DNA of 20,000 nucleotides from an uncultured virus (IMG/VR IMGVR_UViG_3300008108_000264). Taxonomy: Duplodnaviria; Heunggongvirae; Uroviricota; Caudoviricetes. The position numbers and the translations under genes were made by a program. Within the stretch, counting starts at the first letter, position 1; every line of letters begins with the position of its first letter. Below the pieces are notes generated by a model. That model had not been told where the DNA came from, searched no databases, and saw only the letters and a program-made list of their open reading frames with translations. The stretch lies in the IMG/VR virus record IMGVR_UViG_3300008108_000264. One strand, written 5' to 3'. Below, in pieces: positions 1-9,540 of this stretch.

Positions 1-2310
1 GTATATGGTAAACTTAGTAAGTTATCTTTAAATAGTCCTGTTGCTAATACTAAATGGGATTATATAAGATTTGTAAATTCTAATTGCTATAGACCTTCTG
101 CTATTGCTTTTTTAGAATCACAGAAACAAGTTAGAGGTACTAAGCTTAGACCTTCTTATTGTCCTCATATTGAAGGTACTACTCCTTATAAGGAGTTTTG
201 GAAAGAAGAAACAAAACGTATTAAATATGGTTATGAACCTATTATAGATGGTGAACCTTGTGGTTTAAGAATATCAGGAGAGTTTTACTTTTATCTTAAT
301 TATTGTGTAATACAGAATATAAAGATAGATGAGAATGGTAAACAAAAGGATGAAAGAACATTTCCAGATTTTCTATCAATGGACTACTACTGGTTTAAAG
401 AACTAGAAGCTAGAGAAAACCCTGAGATATATGAGCTAGATATGAGTTATAAAAATAGTTTAGCTGTTGCTAAGTCTCGTCGTAAAGGTTTCTCATTTAA
501 AGCTGCTGCAGGTGCTGTTTGGATTACAGCATTTAAAAGATTCTCTAAAGTACTTATTGCTTCTGATACTGGATATGATGCTGCATTATGTTTTAAGAAA
601 TGTATGCCTATTATTGACTGGTTAACTGATTATACTCCTTTTGGTCGTGAACCTCTTGGTGATACTAAAATGAATGGTGGTTGGAAACATATACCAGTAT
701 CATCAACTAATGACTCAGGTCATTTTATTTTTGGTTATGAAAATACTAAAACTAAAAAGAGACAAGGTAGACTATCAGAGATTATGACTGTATCACTTGC
801 TAATAAATTAGATAAAGCGTCAGGTGAAGGTGTACAAAGAATATACTTTGAAGAATCAGGTAAAATAAACGATTTAAAGAAAGCATGGACCTTTGCTAAG
901 GAATCTTTAAAAGCAGGTTCACTATGGAGAGGTATTGCTATTCTATTTGGTACTGGTGGTAGTATGGTTAAAGATAATGGAGATAAAGGATCATCTAGAG
1001 ACTTCTCTGAATTATTTAATAATCCTCTTTCTCAAGACTTAGGTGTCTTTGATAATATTTATGAATACCAAGATACAGATAAACAATGTGGATGGTTTGT
1101 ATCAGATATGTGGTCAAACTTTGGTTCTAAGATAAATATTAATAATAAGATCTATGATGGTATTGATAAAAATGGTAATGCTCATTTTTGGGTAGCTGAA
1201 TTATTCCTAAATAAAGAAAGATTAATTAAAAAAGAAAGTGGTAAAAAAGAAGACTATGATTCTTTTCTTACACAACGTTGTAAAACTCCATCTGAGGCAT
1301 TTTTAGTTACTGAGGGTAGTGTATTCCCAACTGCTGATTTATTAGCTCGTAAAACCGCTATAGAATTAAGTAGATTAAAATATGAAGCATATAGAGTAGC
1401 TGGTGAATTAGTTGAGTATAATAATGTTGTAACTTTTAAACCTGACTTAGAAGGTAAATTACAAGCTATAGATTCGTATGTTGTAGATACTTTAGATAAA
1501 GAAGGTTGTGTATTAAGATATGAATCACCAATGAAAGTAGATGGTGTTATTCCAGATGGAGCTTATATAATTAGTGTAGACCCTATTGGTATGAATACTA
1601 TATCAGGTAAATCATTAACATCTATTATTGTAATGAAAACTCCTAAGTTTGCTCATTTGTTTGGACCTGAAAAAATAGTATGTACATATAGAGGTAGAAG
1701 TAAAATTAATCCTCAAGGTTATGTACATGAACTATTGATGAAGTTATCTAAATATTATAATGCTAAGATTACATTTGAGAATGACCGCGATGGTGGTATA
1801 TTACAATACTTTATAAGAAAAGGTGAAATAGGTAGATTAATGTCAAAACCAGAAATGACTCTTAATAAGTATATAAAGAATAGTGCTACAAACTTAAGAG
1901 AATACGGACACTCAATGGGTAGTAGAAGACATAAACAAATCGGTGAAGATTTATTACTTGAGTGGTTATTAAAGAGACAAGCCAAAAAGAAAGTTGTTGA
2001 TGATTCAGGTAACATAATGGAATTAGAAGGGTTAAGAAACCTTGATATGCTGGAAGACAAAGCAGTAATTGAAGAATTGATTGCTTATAATAAAGATGGA
2101 AACTTTGACACGGTCATGGGTTTAATGGGAGCTATAATACAAATAAATGAACATTTTAATGAAGATTTTATTGATGCTTCTCGAGGTGACTTTGAAAATG
2201 TTTCTTCTTTTTGGAAAGGAATTTATTTAAATAAGTTTGGTTCTGAAAGACAGAAATTTGAATATTCTATTGAAAAAAACAAAAACCAAAATAAAGAAGT
2301 AGAATGGTAA
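1..2310 (+). CDS. terL: Terminase large subunit, crAss-like (5' partial; true start lies upstream of the window, not at ATG 379)
   Basis: Frame 1 is open from base 1 (VYGKLSKL...YKEFWKEETKRIKYG...ISGEFYFYLNY) into the listed ORF. Walker A-like KSRRKGFS, Walker B RIYFEESG, coupling motif FGTGG, and RNase H-like nuclease acidic motifs ISVDPIG, FEND and NFDTVM. Directly upstream of the portal gene. Confidence 0.93.
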   Translation, partial: VYGKLSKLSLNSPVANTKWDYIRFVNSNCYRPSAIAFLESQKQVRGTKLRPSYCPHIEGTTPYKEFWKEETKRIKYGYEPIIDGEPCGLRISGEFYFYLNYCVIQNIKIDENGKQKDERTFPDFLSMDYYWFKELEARENPEIYELDMSYKNSLAVAKSRRKGFSFKAAAGAVWITAFKRFSKVLIASDTGYDAALCFKKCMPIIDWLTDYTPFGREPLGDTKMNGGWKHIPVSSTNDSGHFIFGYENTKTKKRQGRLSEIMTVSLANKLDKASGEGVQRIYFEESGKINDLKKAWTFAKESLKAGSLWRGIAILFGTGGSMVKDNGDKGSSRDFSELFNNPLSQDLGVFDNIYEYQDTDKQCGWFVSDMWSNFGSKININNKIYDGIDKNGNAHFWVAELFLNKERLIKKESGKKEDYDSFLTQRCKTPSEAFLVTEGSVFPTADLLARKTAIELSRLKYEAYRVAGELVEYNNVVTFKPDLEGKLQAIDSYVVDTLDKEGCVLRYESPMKVDGVIPDGAYIISVDPIGMNTISGKSLTSIIVMKTPKFAHLFGPEKIVCTYRGRSKINPQGYVHELLMKLSKYYNAKITFENDRDGGILQYFIRKGEIGRLMSKPEMTLNKYIKNSATNLREYGHSMGSRRHKQIGEDLLLEWLLKRQAKKKVVDDSGNIMELEGLRNLDMLEDKAVIEELIAYNKDGNFDTVMGLMGAIIQINEHFNEDFIDASRGDFENVSSFWKGIYLNKFGSERQKFEYSIEKNKNQNKEVEW

Positions 2311-4982
2311 CTTTTGAACAACAAAGAGTTCCTACCAAGGATAAAACTAAACAATGGAGAATTAACCAGGTTGATGCAATTTGCTCAAGGGTTGATGAGT
2401 TTGGTAATGATTGGTACAGAATGTGGCAAAATTATAGATTAAAAAATAATCAAATAGATCAAGATGAATTTAGAGAGTATTGCGATACTCTTGGTTTATC
2501 TGAAGGTGAAGGTAGAAAATTTGTAGAACCTTTTAATAAGACACATACAATTATAGATGTATTAAAAGGTGAAGAAGCTGGTATGCCTTGGAATTTTGAT
2601 ATTATCAACTTATCTTCTAAAACTACAAATGAGATATTAAGAGAAAAACAAAGAGAGTTAAAGCAATATATTGATTTTAAGGTTTCAACTGAAATTGAGA
2701 AACAACAATTTAAAATGCAGACTCTCCTTCAAATGAAAGCTGGTGAAATGAATTCTCCAGAAGCTGAAGAAGAAATGAAAAAATTTGAACAGGAGTTAGT
2801 AGAAAAAGAAAAACAAGTTCTTAATCCTGAACAAATACAAAAGAAGTATGCTAACTATAAAAGTAAAAAAGAAATAGCAATGCATAAACTTCTTAAAGCA
2901 TTAGCTGTTAATTACAATTTAAAGTGGATTAAAAATCAAACTTTTGAAGATGCATTAATTGCTGGTATTGAAGCTGTTGAAGTTGTAGTAGATGAATATA
3001 CGGGAATACCTTCAATTAAACAAATAAATGTATTAAACTTATTTTTCCATAAATCATCAGATACTCCTTTCTTACATGACTCAGATTATGTAGGATATAA
3101 AGAAGAGTTAACAATTAGTGATGCTCTTGATAAATATGCTGAGGATATGGATGAAAAAGATGTAGAAAAATTAAGACAGTATAATAGTAAGGTATTTGGA
3201 TATAATGAAAAATTCCATAGCCCTGGTGGTGAATCTGTATCTCACTGGGATAACTTAAAGAATTATGAATATACTTATAGACATCCATTATCTACTATTC
3301 CTTCTTATGGTACAAGTAATGTATTATCTGAAGGTTTATATGCAAGTGATAGATATAGATATAAATATGAACACTACTGTGTTGTTTATACAACATATTG
3401 GAAATCTCAAAGACGTGTAGGTAAACTTACGTATATTAATGAGTATGGTGAAATGGCTGATACAATTGTAGATGAGAATTTTCCATTACCAGAAAGAGCT
3501 ACTAAAGAAACATATAAATTGCATACTTTCTCTAGAGATAAGGTAAAGTATAAATGGGAATCTGAAGAGGGTAAACCTTATTCATTAGAATGGATATGGT
3601 TACCTGAAGTATGGAAAGGTACTAGGATTAATGGTGAAATATATGTTAAGATTGAACCATATGAAAACGCATATCAATCTTTAATGAATCCTTATAAGAC
3701 TAAATTACCTATTCATGGTTTTGTCTATAATAATAGAAATGCATTCTCTGTATCTATTATGGATAGAATTAAACCGTGGCAAAAACTATATTATGTTGTA
3801 ATGTCTAAATGGTTAAAACTTATAACTCAAGATAAAGGTGTTGTTCAGTTATTGAATGTATTAATGATGGACAAACAAATTGGTTATAAAGAATCATTAC
3901 AGATTGCAATTGATCAAGGTATTCTTCCTTATAACCCTCTTGCTCATTCACAAGGTCTAGCTAATGTAGCTGGTCAAATGAGACCATCAGATAGATTAGA
4001 TTTATCTAACTCTCAACAGTTAGCTCACTATACTAATATTTTACAATTTATAGAACAGCAATTAAAATTAGCTGCTGGTATATCTGAACAACGTCTTGCT
4101 CAAACTGGTACTAATACAAATGTAACTGATAATCAAAGAGATGTAACTCAGTCTATGAATATTACTAGTGGCGTATTTACAGCTCATGATATGTTGTGGC
4201 AAGAAGTATTACAAAGTTTATGTGAGACTGCTGCTAAAACATTAGATGGTAAATCTGGATTTATTAGACAAGTATTATCAGATGAAGAAATAGCTCTTAT
4301 TGACTTAAACCTTATTTCAATGGAAGATGAGTATGTAGTAAAAGTTGGTAATAATAGTAGAGCCTATAGAATACTTGAACAAGCTAAAGGATTTGCACAA
4401 GCTCTTATTCAAAATGATAAAGCTAAATTCTCTACTTTACTTGATCTTCTTGATAATGATAACTTATCTGAGTTTAAAGAAGAATTAAGAAGTATTGAAG
4501 ATGATATTGAAAAAAGAGAAGCATCCATGCAGGAACAACAAATGAAAATGCAAGAGCAACAACTTGAAGCACAAAAACAACAAGGTCAAGCTGAACGTGA
4601 ACATAGACTTGATATTGAAACTCTTAAAGGAGAATACGATATTAAGAAAGCTCAAATTGCAGCTATGGCTTGGTCACCTGATAAAGATGTCGATAAAGAT
4701 GGATTACCTGATATTCTTGAATTAGAGAAACTTAGAAATCAAGCTTACAATGAAGAACGTAAGTTAGAACTTGATGCTAGGAAGATTGAAATTGAAGATA
4801 GAAAATTAATGCAAAAAGAAGGTGATGCTAGAATGAGTGCTAACTTTAAAGCTAAGGAAAATGAGATTAAAGAAAATCAATCTAATATGGATAGAATAAG
4901 TCAAGAAAGATTAAAGATGCAAGAGCTTAGAGCTAAAGCACAAATAGAAAGAGAGAAACAAAAAACTAAAAACAACAATTAA
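2304..4982 (+). CDS. Portal protein, crAss-like (892 aa)
   Basis: Overlaps the terL stop by 7 nt. Size, position between TerL and the capsid genes, motifs IDVLKGEE, WLPEVWKGTRI and GISEQRL, and a long Q/E/K-rich coiled-coil C-terminus resemble crAss-like portals. Confidence 0.88.
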   Translation: MVTFEQQRVPTKDKTKQWRINQVDAICSRVDEFGNDWYRMWQNYRLKNNQIDQDEFREYCDTLGLSEGEGRKFVEPFNKTHTIIDVLKGEEAGMPWNFDIINLSSKTTNEILREKQRELKQYIDFKVSTEIEKQQFKMQTLLQMKAGEMNSPEAEEEMKKFEQELVEKEKQVLNPEQIQKKYANYKSKKEIAMHKLLKALAVNYNLKWIKNQTFEDALIAGIEAVEVVVDEYTGIPSIKQINVLNLFFHKSSDTPFLHDSDYVGYKEELTISDALDKYAEDMDEKDVEKLRQYNSKVFGYNEKFHSPGGESVSHWDNLKNYEYTYRHPLSTIPSYGTSNVLSEGLYASDRYRYKYEHYCVVYTTYWKSQRRVGKLTYINEYGEMADTIVDENFPLPERATKETYKLHTFSRDKVKYKWESEEGKPYSLEWIWLPEVWKGTRINGEIYVKIEPYENAYQSLMNPYKTKLPIHGFVYNNRNAFSVSIMDRIKPWQKLYYVVMSKWLKLITQDKGVVQLLNVLMMDKQIGYKESLQIAIDQGILPYNPLAHSQGLANVAGQMRPSDRLDLSNSQQLAHYTNILQFIEQQLKLAAGISEQRLAQTGTNTNVTDNQRDVTQSMNITSGVFTAHDMLWQEVLQSLCETAAKTLDGKSGFIRQVLSDEEIALIDLNLISMEDEYVVKVGNNSRAYRILEQAKGFAQALIQNDKAKFSTLLDLLDNDNLSEFKEELRSIEDDIEKREASMQEQQMKMQEQQLEAQKQQGQAEREHRLDIETLKGEYDIKKAQIAAMAWSPDKDVDKDGLPDILELEKLRNQAYNEERKLELDARKIEIEDRKLMQKEGDARMSANFKAKENEIKENQSNMDRISQERLKMQELRAKAQIEREKQKTKNNN

Positions 4983-4984
4983 TT

Positions 4985-6610
4985 ATGAATTACGGAAAAC
5001 AAACAGTGATCGGAGATCCAACAGAAACAGGAAAGCAATGGTTAGATCATCATGATGATGTAGATTATGTTAACTTAAAAACTAATCATCATTATACTAA
5101 TAGTAAAGAAGATTTAATTAAAGGTGTAAATAAAATAGCTGATGTAGTAAAAGTAACACTTGGTGCTAAAGGTAAAAACGTACTATTTAATAATAGAGAT
5201 GGTAAACCTCAAATTACTAAAGATGGTATTACTGCAGCACGTCAGGTATTTTCCATTAATCCTTTTGAGAATATGGCTATACAAATAGTTAGAGAAGCAT
5301 CTGAGCAAACAGTTAAAACTAGCGGCGATGGTACAACTACAACTATTATATTAGCAAGGTATATTATTAACAAAGGATTTGAATTACTTAGTTCAGGTAA
5401 AATAAGTTACTATGAATTAGCTAAACAGATTGATGAGACTAAGGATCTTATAATTAATAAGATTAAAGAAAGATCTTTAAAAATTGAAGAGAACTTTGAT
5501 AAGCTTTTGCACGTAGCAACAATATCATCAAGTAATAAACAGATAGGTTCTTTTATATATGATATTATGGAAGAGATTGGTATATATGGATCTATCGAAG
5601 TTAAGTCATCTAATAATACTAAAGATGTAATAGATAAAGTTAAAGGTATAAAAACATCTAAAGGTTTTTACGCTCCTCACTTTGTTACTGATAGATTAAA
5701 GATGGAGTACAGAATGAATGATGTTCATATTGTATTAATTGATGATACTGTTAGAAGTTTTCAAAATGATATATTACCATATATTGAAGAAGCTCCAGGT
5801 AGACCTATTCTATTTTTTGTTAATGATATTGAACCAACTACTTTACAAACTATTATTAATAATAAAGTAGCTAATCCTCAAATGTTTAATATTATGTTTG
5901 TAGAACATGATGGATTTGGTGATAGAAGAATAGAAATAATGAATGACATTGCTGCAATGACTGGAGCTAGTGTTGGTAATGCAGAAGACTTTGGTGAGAT
6001 GGGATTTGCTAAAGAAGTAATAGTTGATGAAAATAGTACTTCTATATTAGGTGGATCTATAGATGAAGATATTGTAAATCGTCTTGTAGAAGAAACTCAA
6101 TATAAGTTAACTAATGACGAATTAGATGAAGACCAAAAGAAATATTACAGACGTAGATTAGCTACACTAAAAGGTGGTGTTGCTGTTATACATGTAGGTG
6201 GTATTACCGAAGTTGAAATGAAAGAGAAAAAAGATAGAATAGATGATGCAGTAGAAGCTGTTAAGTCTGCTATTGATAGAGGTATTAGTGTTGGTGGTGG
6301 TTATACTTTTATAAATATCTGTAATGATTTAAATAATGAAAATAATAAGGAAGGAGAACAAGTAATAATTAATTCTTTAATCCAACCATTTATTCAGTTA
6401 TGTAATAATGCAGATTCTAATAGTAATGAAATATTAACTAAGTTAATATTTGATTCAGGCGTAGGTTATGATGTAATCAATAACGAATTAGTACCATTAA
6501 ATAATTACAATGTATATGATCCTACAGGTGTATTAATTGATGCTTTAAGTAATGCTGTTGCTGTGGCTAAAAGTATACTATCTGTAGAATGTTCATTATA
6601 TAATTACTAG
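4985..6610 (+). CDS. groEL: Phage-encoded group I chaperonin (GroEL/Cpn60-like), 541 aa
   Basis: GVNKIADVVKVTLGAKGKNV, ITKDGITAA, ATP-binding GDGTTT, GFGDRR, GGVAVIHVGGITEVEMKEKKDRIDDAV (equivalent of catalytic D398), GGG and DPTGV are all colinear with GroEL. Confidence 0.96.
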   Translation: MNYGKQTVIGDPTETGKQWLDHHDDVDYVNLKTNHHYTNSKEDLIKGVNKIADVVKVTLGAKGKNVLFNNRDGKPQITKDGITAARQVFSINPFENMAIQIVREASEQTVKTSGDGTTTTIILARYIINKGFELLSSGKISYYELAKQIDETKDLIINKIKERSLKIEENFDKLLHVATISSSNKQIGSFIYDIMEEIGIYGSIEVKSSNNTKDVIDKVKGIKTSKGFYAPHFVTDRLKMEYRMNDVHIVLIDDTVRSFQNDILPYIEEAPGRPILFFVNDIEPTTLQTIINNKVANPQMFNIMFVEHDGFGDRRIEIMNDIAAMTGASVGNAEDFGEMGFAKEVIVDENSTSILGGSIDEDIVNRLVEETQYKLTNDELDEDQKKYYRRRLATLKGGVAVIHVGGITEVEMKEKKDRIDDAVEAVKSAIDRGISVGGGYTFINICNDLNNENNKEGEQVIINSLIQPFIQLCNNADSNSNEILTKLIFDSGVGYDVINNELVPLNNYNVYDPTGVLIDALSNAVAVAKSILSVECSLYNY

Positions 6611-6626
6611 GCTATATAATATAAAA
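6611..6626 (+). repeat. Left arm of 16-bp perfect inverted repeat GCTATATAATATAAAA
   Basis: Exact reverse complement of 9541-9556. Begins at the first base after the groEL TAG. Confidence 0.9.
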
Positions 6627-6675
6627 AAAATATCCTTTTTTAAGGAAAATCAAACTTTAATAAATAAATAATTAA

Positions 6676-6683
6676 TATTTTTG
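6676..6683 (+). promoter_or_regulatory. Possible Bacteroidota sigma-A -7 element (TAnnTTTG)
   Basis: TATTTTTG fits TAnnTTTG in the 74-bp gap before the scaffold gene. No clear -33 TTTG, and the context is very AT-rich. Confidence 0.3.
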
Positions 6684-6684
6684 T

Positions 6685-7935
6685 ATGGAAAAATTTATGC
6701 CAAACTTAAGTGACTTAGCTGACACTGAAATCAGCTTAAACGATTTAGATAATATTATTGAGAAGGAATCATTTAATTTCTCACAAGAAAGTCCTAATTT
6801 TTCAAATCAATCTGTTAGTCCTATGGATATGACTAATAGCTTGGTTCCAAAAGAAGATCCTTTCCAAAAAGAAATGATAAGTATTCTTGATAATGAAATA
6901 AATTCTTCAGGAGTTAACGATGCTCCAGAACCTAGAGTTCAAAATGAAATTCAACCTCAAGTTGATTATTATGAAAATCAAAATAATTATAATCAACCAG
7001 ATGCTTACGATGTTGCTTTTGAACTTATACAGGAGATGGATCTTCTAAGATTACCACAAGGTATTCAATCATTAACACCAGAAGAAATTCAATTTTATAA
7101 AGAACAAACATTAATTCAACAAAGAGAAGAAGCATTAGAATATCTAAGAAGTCAAATTTCACATGATCCTTATATGTTAGAAATATTTGACTATACTATG
7201 GCAGGAAAAGACTTTGCAGATATTACTACTTTTAAAGCTTTAAACAATGTTGAAATTAACTATGAGACACTTAACATAAATGATGAAGAAACTCAAAAAG
7301 AATTAGTAAGACAATATCTTTCAAGCGACTTAAATCCCGCAGATAAAAAAGATAGAGAATTACTTTCTTACATTCCTGAAAAGATAGAAAAATTATTAGA
7401 TTCAGGTGAGTTGAGACATAAAGCCGCTGAGGCAAGAGATCATTTTGTTAATAGAATAAGACAACAAAAAGAATTTGAATTTCAAAAAGCCATTGAATTA
7501 AGAGAAGCAAGCGAATACGAAGCGTGGTTAGAGCAGCAAGAACAATTACAATGGGATCAAGAGTTTAGAGAGATATTACATCAAAGACCTTGGAGTGATG
7601 CTAAAAAACATCAAATAGTAAAAGAGAGTCAGTTAATAGAATTAGAAGATGGATCCAGAATACCTATCTGGGATTACAAACGTCAAATTATTTTTTCTGA
7701 TCCTTACCTATTCCAACAGTTTTTAGATTTTACAGCTAAACTAGATTTACAACAAGGAGATTTTGTGGGTTTAGAATATTCTGATGAACCTGACTTATCT
7801 AAATCTACTATAAATAAAATATTAGAACGAGCAGTTCAAAAATCACAAACCGCTAAAAATAATTCTACTACTAGAAATCCTACTTTTGAAAAACAAAATA
7901 CTAAACAAGTAGCAGATCCTAATCAGTGGTTTTAA
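6685..7935 (+). CDS. Acidic protein upstream of MCP, putative capsid scaffold/assembly protein (crAss gene-77-like position)
   Basis: 416 aa, D/E/Q/N-rich low-complexity N-terminus and helical C-terminal half, immediately before MCP as in crAss-like head modules. Alternative in-frame start ATG at 6697. Confidence 0.6.
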   Translation: MEKFMPNLSDLADTEISLNDLDNIIEKESFNFSQESPNFSNQSVSPMDMTNSLVPKEDPFQKEMISILDNEINSSGVNDAPEPRVQNEIQPQVDYYENQNNYNQPDAYDVAFELIQEMDLLRLPQGIQSLTPEEIQFYKEQTLIQQREEALEYLRSQISHDPYMLEIFDYTMAGKDFADITTFKALNNVEINYETLNINDEETQKELVRQYLSSDLNPADKKDRELLSYIPEKIEKLLDSGELRHKAAEARDHFVNRIRQQKEFEFQKAIELREASEYEAWLEQQEQLQWDQEFREILHQRPWSDAKKHQIVKESQLIELEDGSRIPIWDYKRQIIFSDPYLFQQFLDFTAKLDLQQGDFVGLEYSDEPDLSKSTINKILERAVQKSQTAKNNSTTRNPTFEKQNTKQVADPNQWF

Positions 7936-7965
7936 CATTAATTAAATTTAAAATTTTATAAACAA

Positions 7966-9540
7966 ATGACAAATCCTACTAGTTTTCATAACTCTCAAGT
8001 AAGTTTTGGTGTTAAACCTGTTAAGGTTACTCCAGGCTTGGGTGTTAGAGGTGAAGTAACTTCATCTCACTTACATATGGCATTTGGTGTTGATCAACCT
8101 CATAATATTAACATGGGTTATGCTAGAGTATTCTCTGCAACTACTCGTTATTATGGTAAACCAATGGTTGGTATGACTGAAGCTAAAGGTAACATTAAAT
8201 TGTTATCATCTCATATTTATCGTTGGAGATTATCTGGCGATATGTATCAGAAACTTCGCGTAACTCGCGTAACTACTAATGATGTACGTCCAGGTCTTAA
8301 TCACTCTGCATTTACTCTTGTATTAGACAAGCCTTGGTTCCAAGTGCCTGACATTATTCAAGGTGAAGATAACAGATACAGACTTCGCGTTACTAATGAA
8401 GAACCTACTGAATTAGGTATCAATGAATTTGAATACACAGTTGAACTTGTAACTGACAATCCTAACGAATTCTTCCCTGCTGAACTTATAATGGAAGGTA
8501 TGGAATTCTGTAAAGTATCAAGTGCTGTAGCTAACGAAGGTAACCAAGATTTTGGTGGTTTCCAATTTGCTACTATCTTTGAATCTGAAGGACAACTTGG
8601 TCAATTCGCTGTTAAATTTGAATTAAGTGACCGTGCAGCTCGTAAAGCTAAACAGTGTGCTGATGAAGGAAAACATGGTGATGAGTACTATGGTCAATAT
8701 ATTAACCAACTTCGCGTTCCTTTTATGTCAACAGACGAAAATGGTAACATCCAAAAATGGACTAACTTTATGTCTATGGCTGAAGCAGAAATGCACAACC
8801 GTGTATATGAAGATGTTGAAAACGCAATGATGTTAGGTAAAGCTTCTAGCTGGATGACATCTAAAGAAGGTTATATCATCACAACTGGTTCTGGAGTACG
8901 TCAGCAATTAGAGTCTGGTAATGTTCTTCAGCACAATGGTAACATGACACTTTCTCAATTGAATGACTGGTTCACAGCTATTCTTAAAGACAAACGTGAT
9001 AGAGGAGATGCTAAGATCGTTCTTTCTTGTGGTATTAAGTTTGCTGAAATGTTTGACCGTATGGTTAAAGCTGATAGCTCTACTTTCTTAACACTTGACA
9101 CTCACTTTATCCGTAAAGGTTCTGATTATCATCACATGGATTATGGTAGCTATTTTGCTTCTTACAAAGGTTTCATCGTAGAAGTACAAGTTATGTTAAA
9201 TCCTGCTTATGACAATCGTTATTTCCAACCTAAAATGCACCCAGTATATACTAACTATACTATTGACTCTTGGAGAGCTGACATTCTTGACTTTGGTTCT
9301 ACCAAACAACAAGGTACAGGTCAAAGTGATCCTAACATCTCAATGGTAAAAGAATCTTACTGTGACTATCATATCTCTCACAGAGGTAAATGGGATCCTA
9401 AATCAGGTCTTCCTATTACTGACGGTGGTTATGGTTTAGCCGGTGGTATTTCAGGTTATACTCTTGTTCGTGAAAAATCAGCTGGTGTTATGATTGCTGA
9501 CGTATCACGTTGTGGAGCTATCTATTTGAATATAGATTAA
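7966..9540 (+). CDS. Major capsid protein, crAss-like (524 aa)
   Basis: Position and size fit. Motifs YRWRL, GSGVRQQLE, YGSYFASY, NPAYDN and HPVYT resemble crAss-like MCP. Visibly more CGT/AAC/TTC/ATC codons than neighbouring genes, consistent with high expression. Confidence 0.85.
   Translation: MTNPTSFHNSQVSFGVKPVKVTPGLGVRGEVTSSHLHMAFGVDQPHNINMGYARVFSATTRYYGKPMVGMTEAKGNIKLLSSHIYRWRLSGDMYQKLRVTRVTTNDVRPGLNHSAFTLVLDKPWFQVPDIIQGEDNRYRLRVTNEEPTELGINEFEYTVELVTDNPNEFFPAELIMEGMEFCKVSSAVANEGNQDFGGFQFATIFESEGQLGQFAVKFELSDRAARKAKQCADEGKHGDEYYGQYINQLRVPFMSTDENGNIQKWTNFMSMAEAEMHNRVYEDVENAMMLGKASSWMTSKEGYIITTGSGVRQQLESGNVLQHNGNMTLSQLNDWFTAILKDKRDRGDAKIVLSCGIKFAEMFDRMVKADSSTFLTLDTHFIRKGSDYHHMDYGSYFASYKGFIVEVQVMLNPAYDNRYFQPKMHPVYTNYTIDSWRADILDFGSTKQQGTGQSDPNISMVKESYCDYHISHRGKWDPKSGLPITDGGYGLAGGISGYTLVREKSAGVMIADVSRCGAIYLNID

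Noticed and set aside
379..381. ATG 379 as the terL start
   Set aside because: The frame is open from base 1 and encodes conserved-looking TerL N-terminal sequence (EFWKEE, GEFYFYLNY), so the gene starts upstream of the window.
4985..6610. Host chromosomal groEL or chimeric assembly
   Set aside because: It is joined to the portal gene with a 2-nt gap, shares the phage's AT-rich codon style, lacks groES and the GGM tail, and is far more diverged than cellular GroELs. Read-level confirmation is still advisable.
8627..8830. 67-aa alternative-frame ORF inside MCP
   Set aside because: Fully nested, GTG start, no recognisable motif. Expected by chance from MCP codon bias.
1..9540. Inteins, group I introns or homing endonucleases in terL, portal or MCP
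   Set aside because: No frame breaks, no intein-like C...HN splice junctions, no LAGLIDADG or HNH motifs seen, and protein lengths are ordinary.
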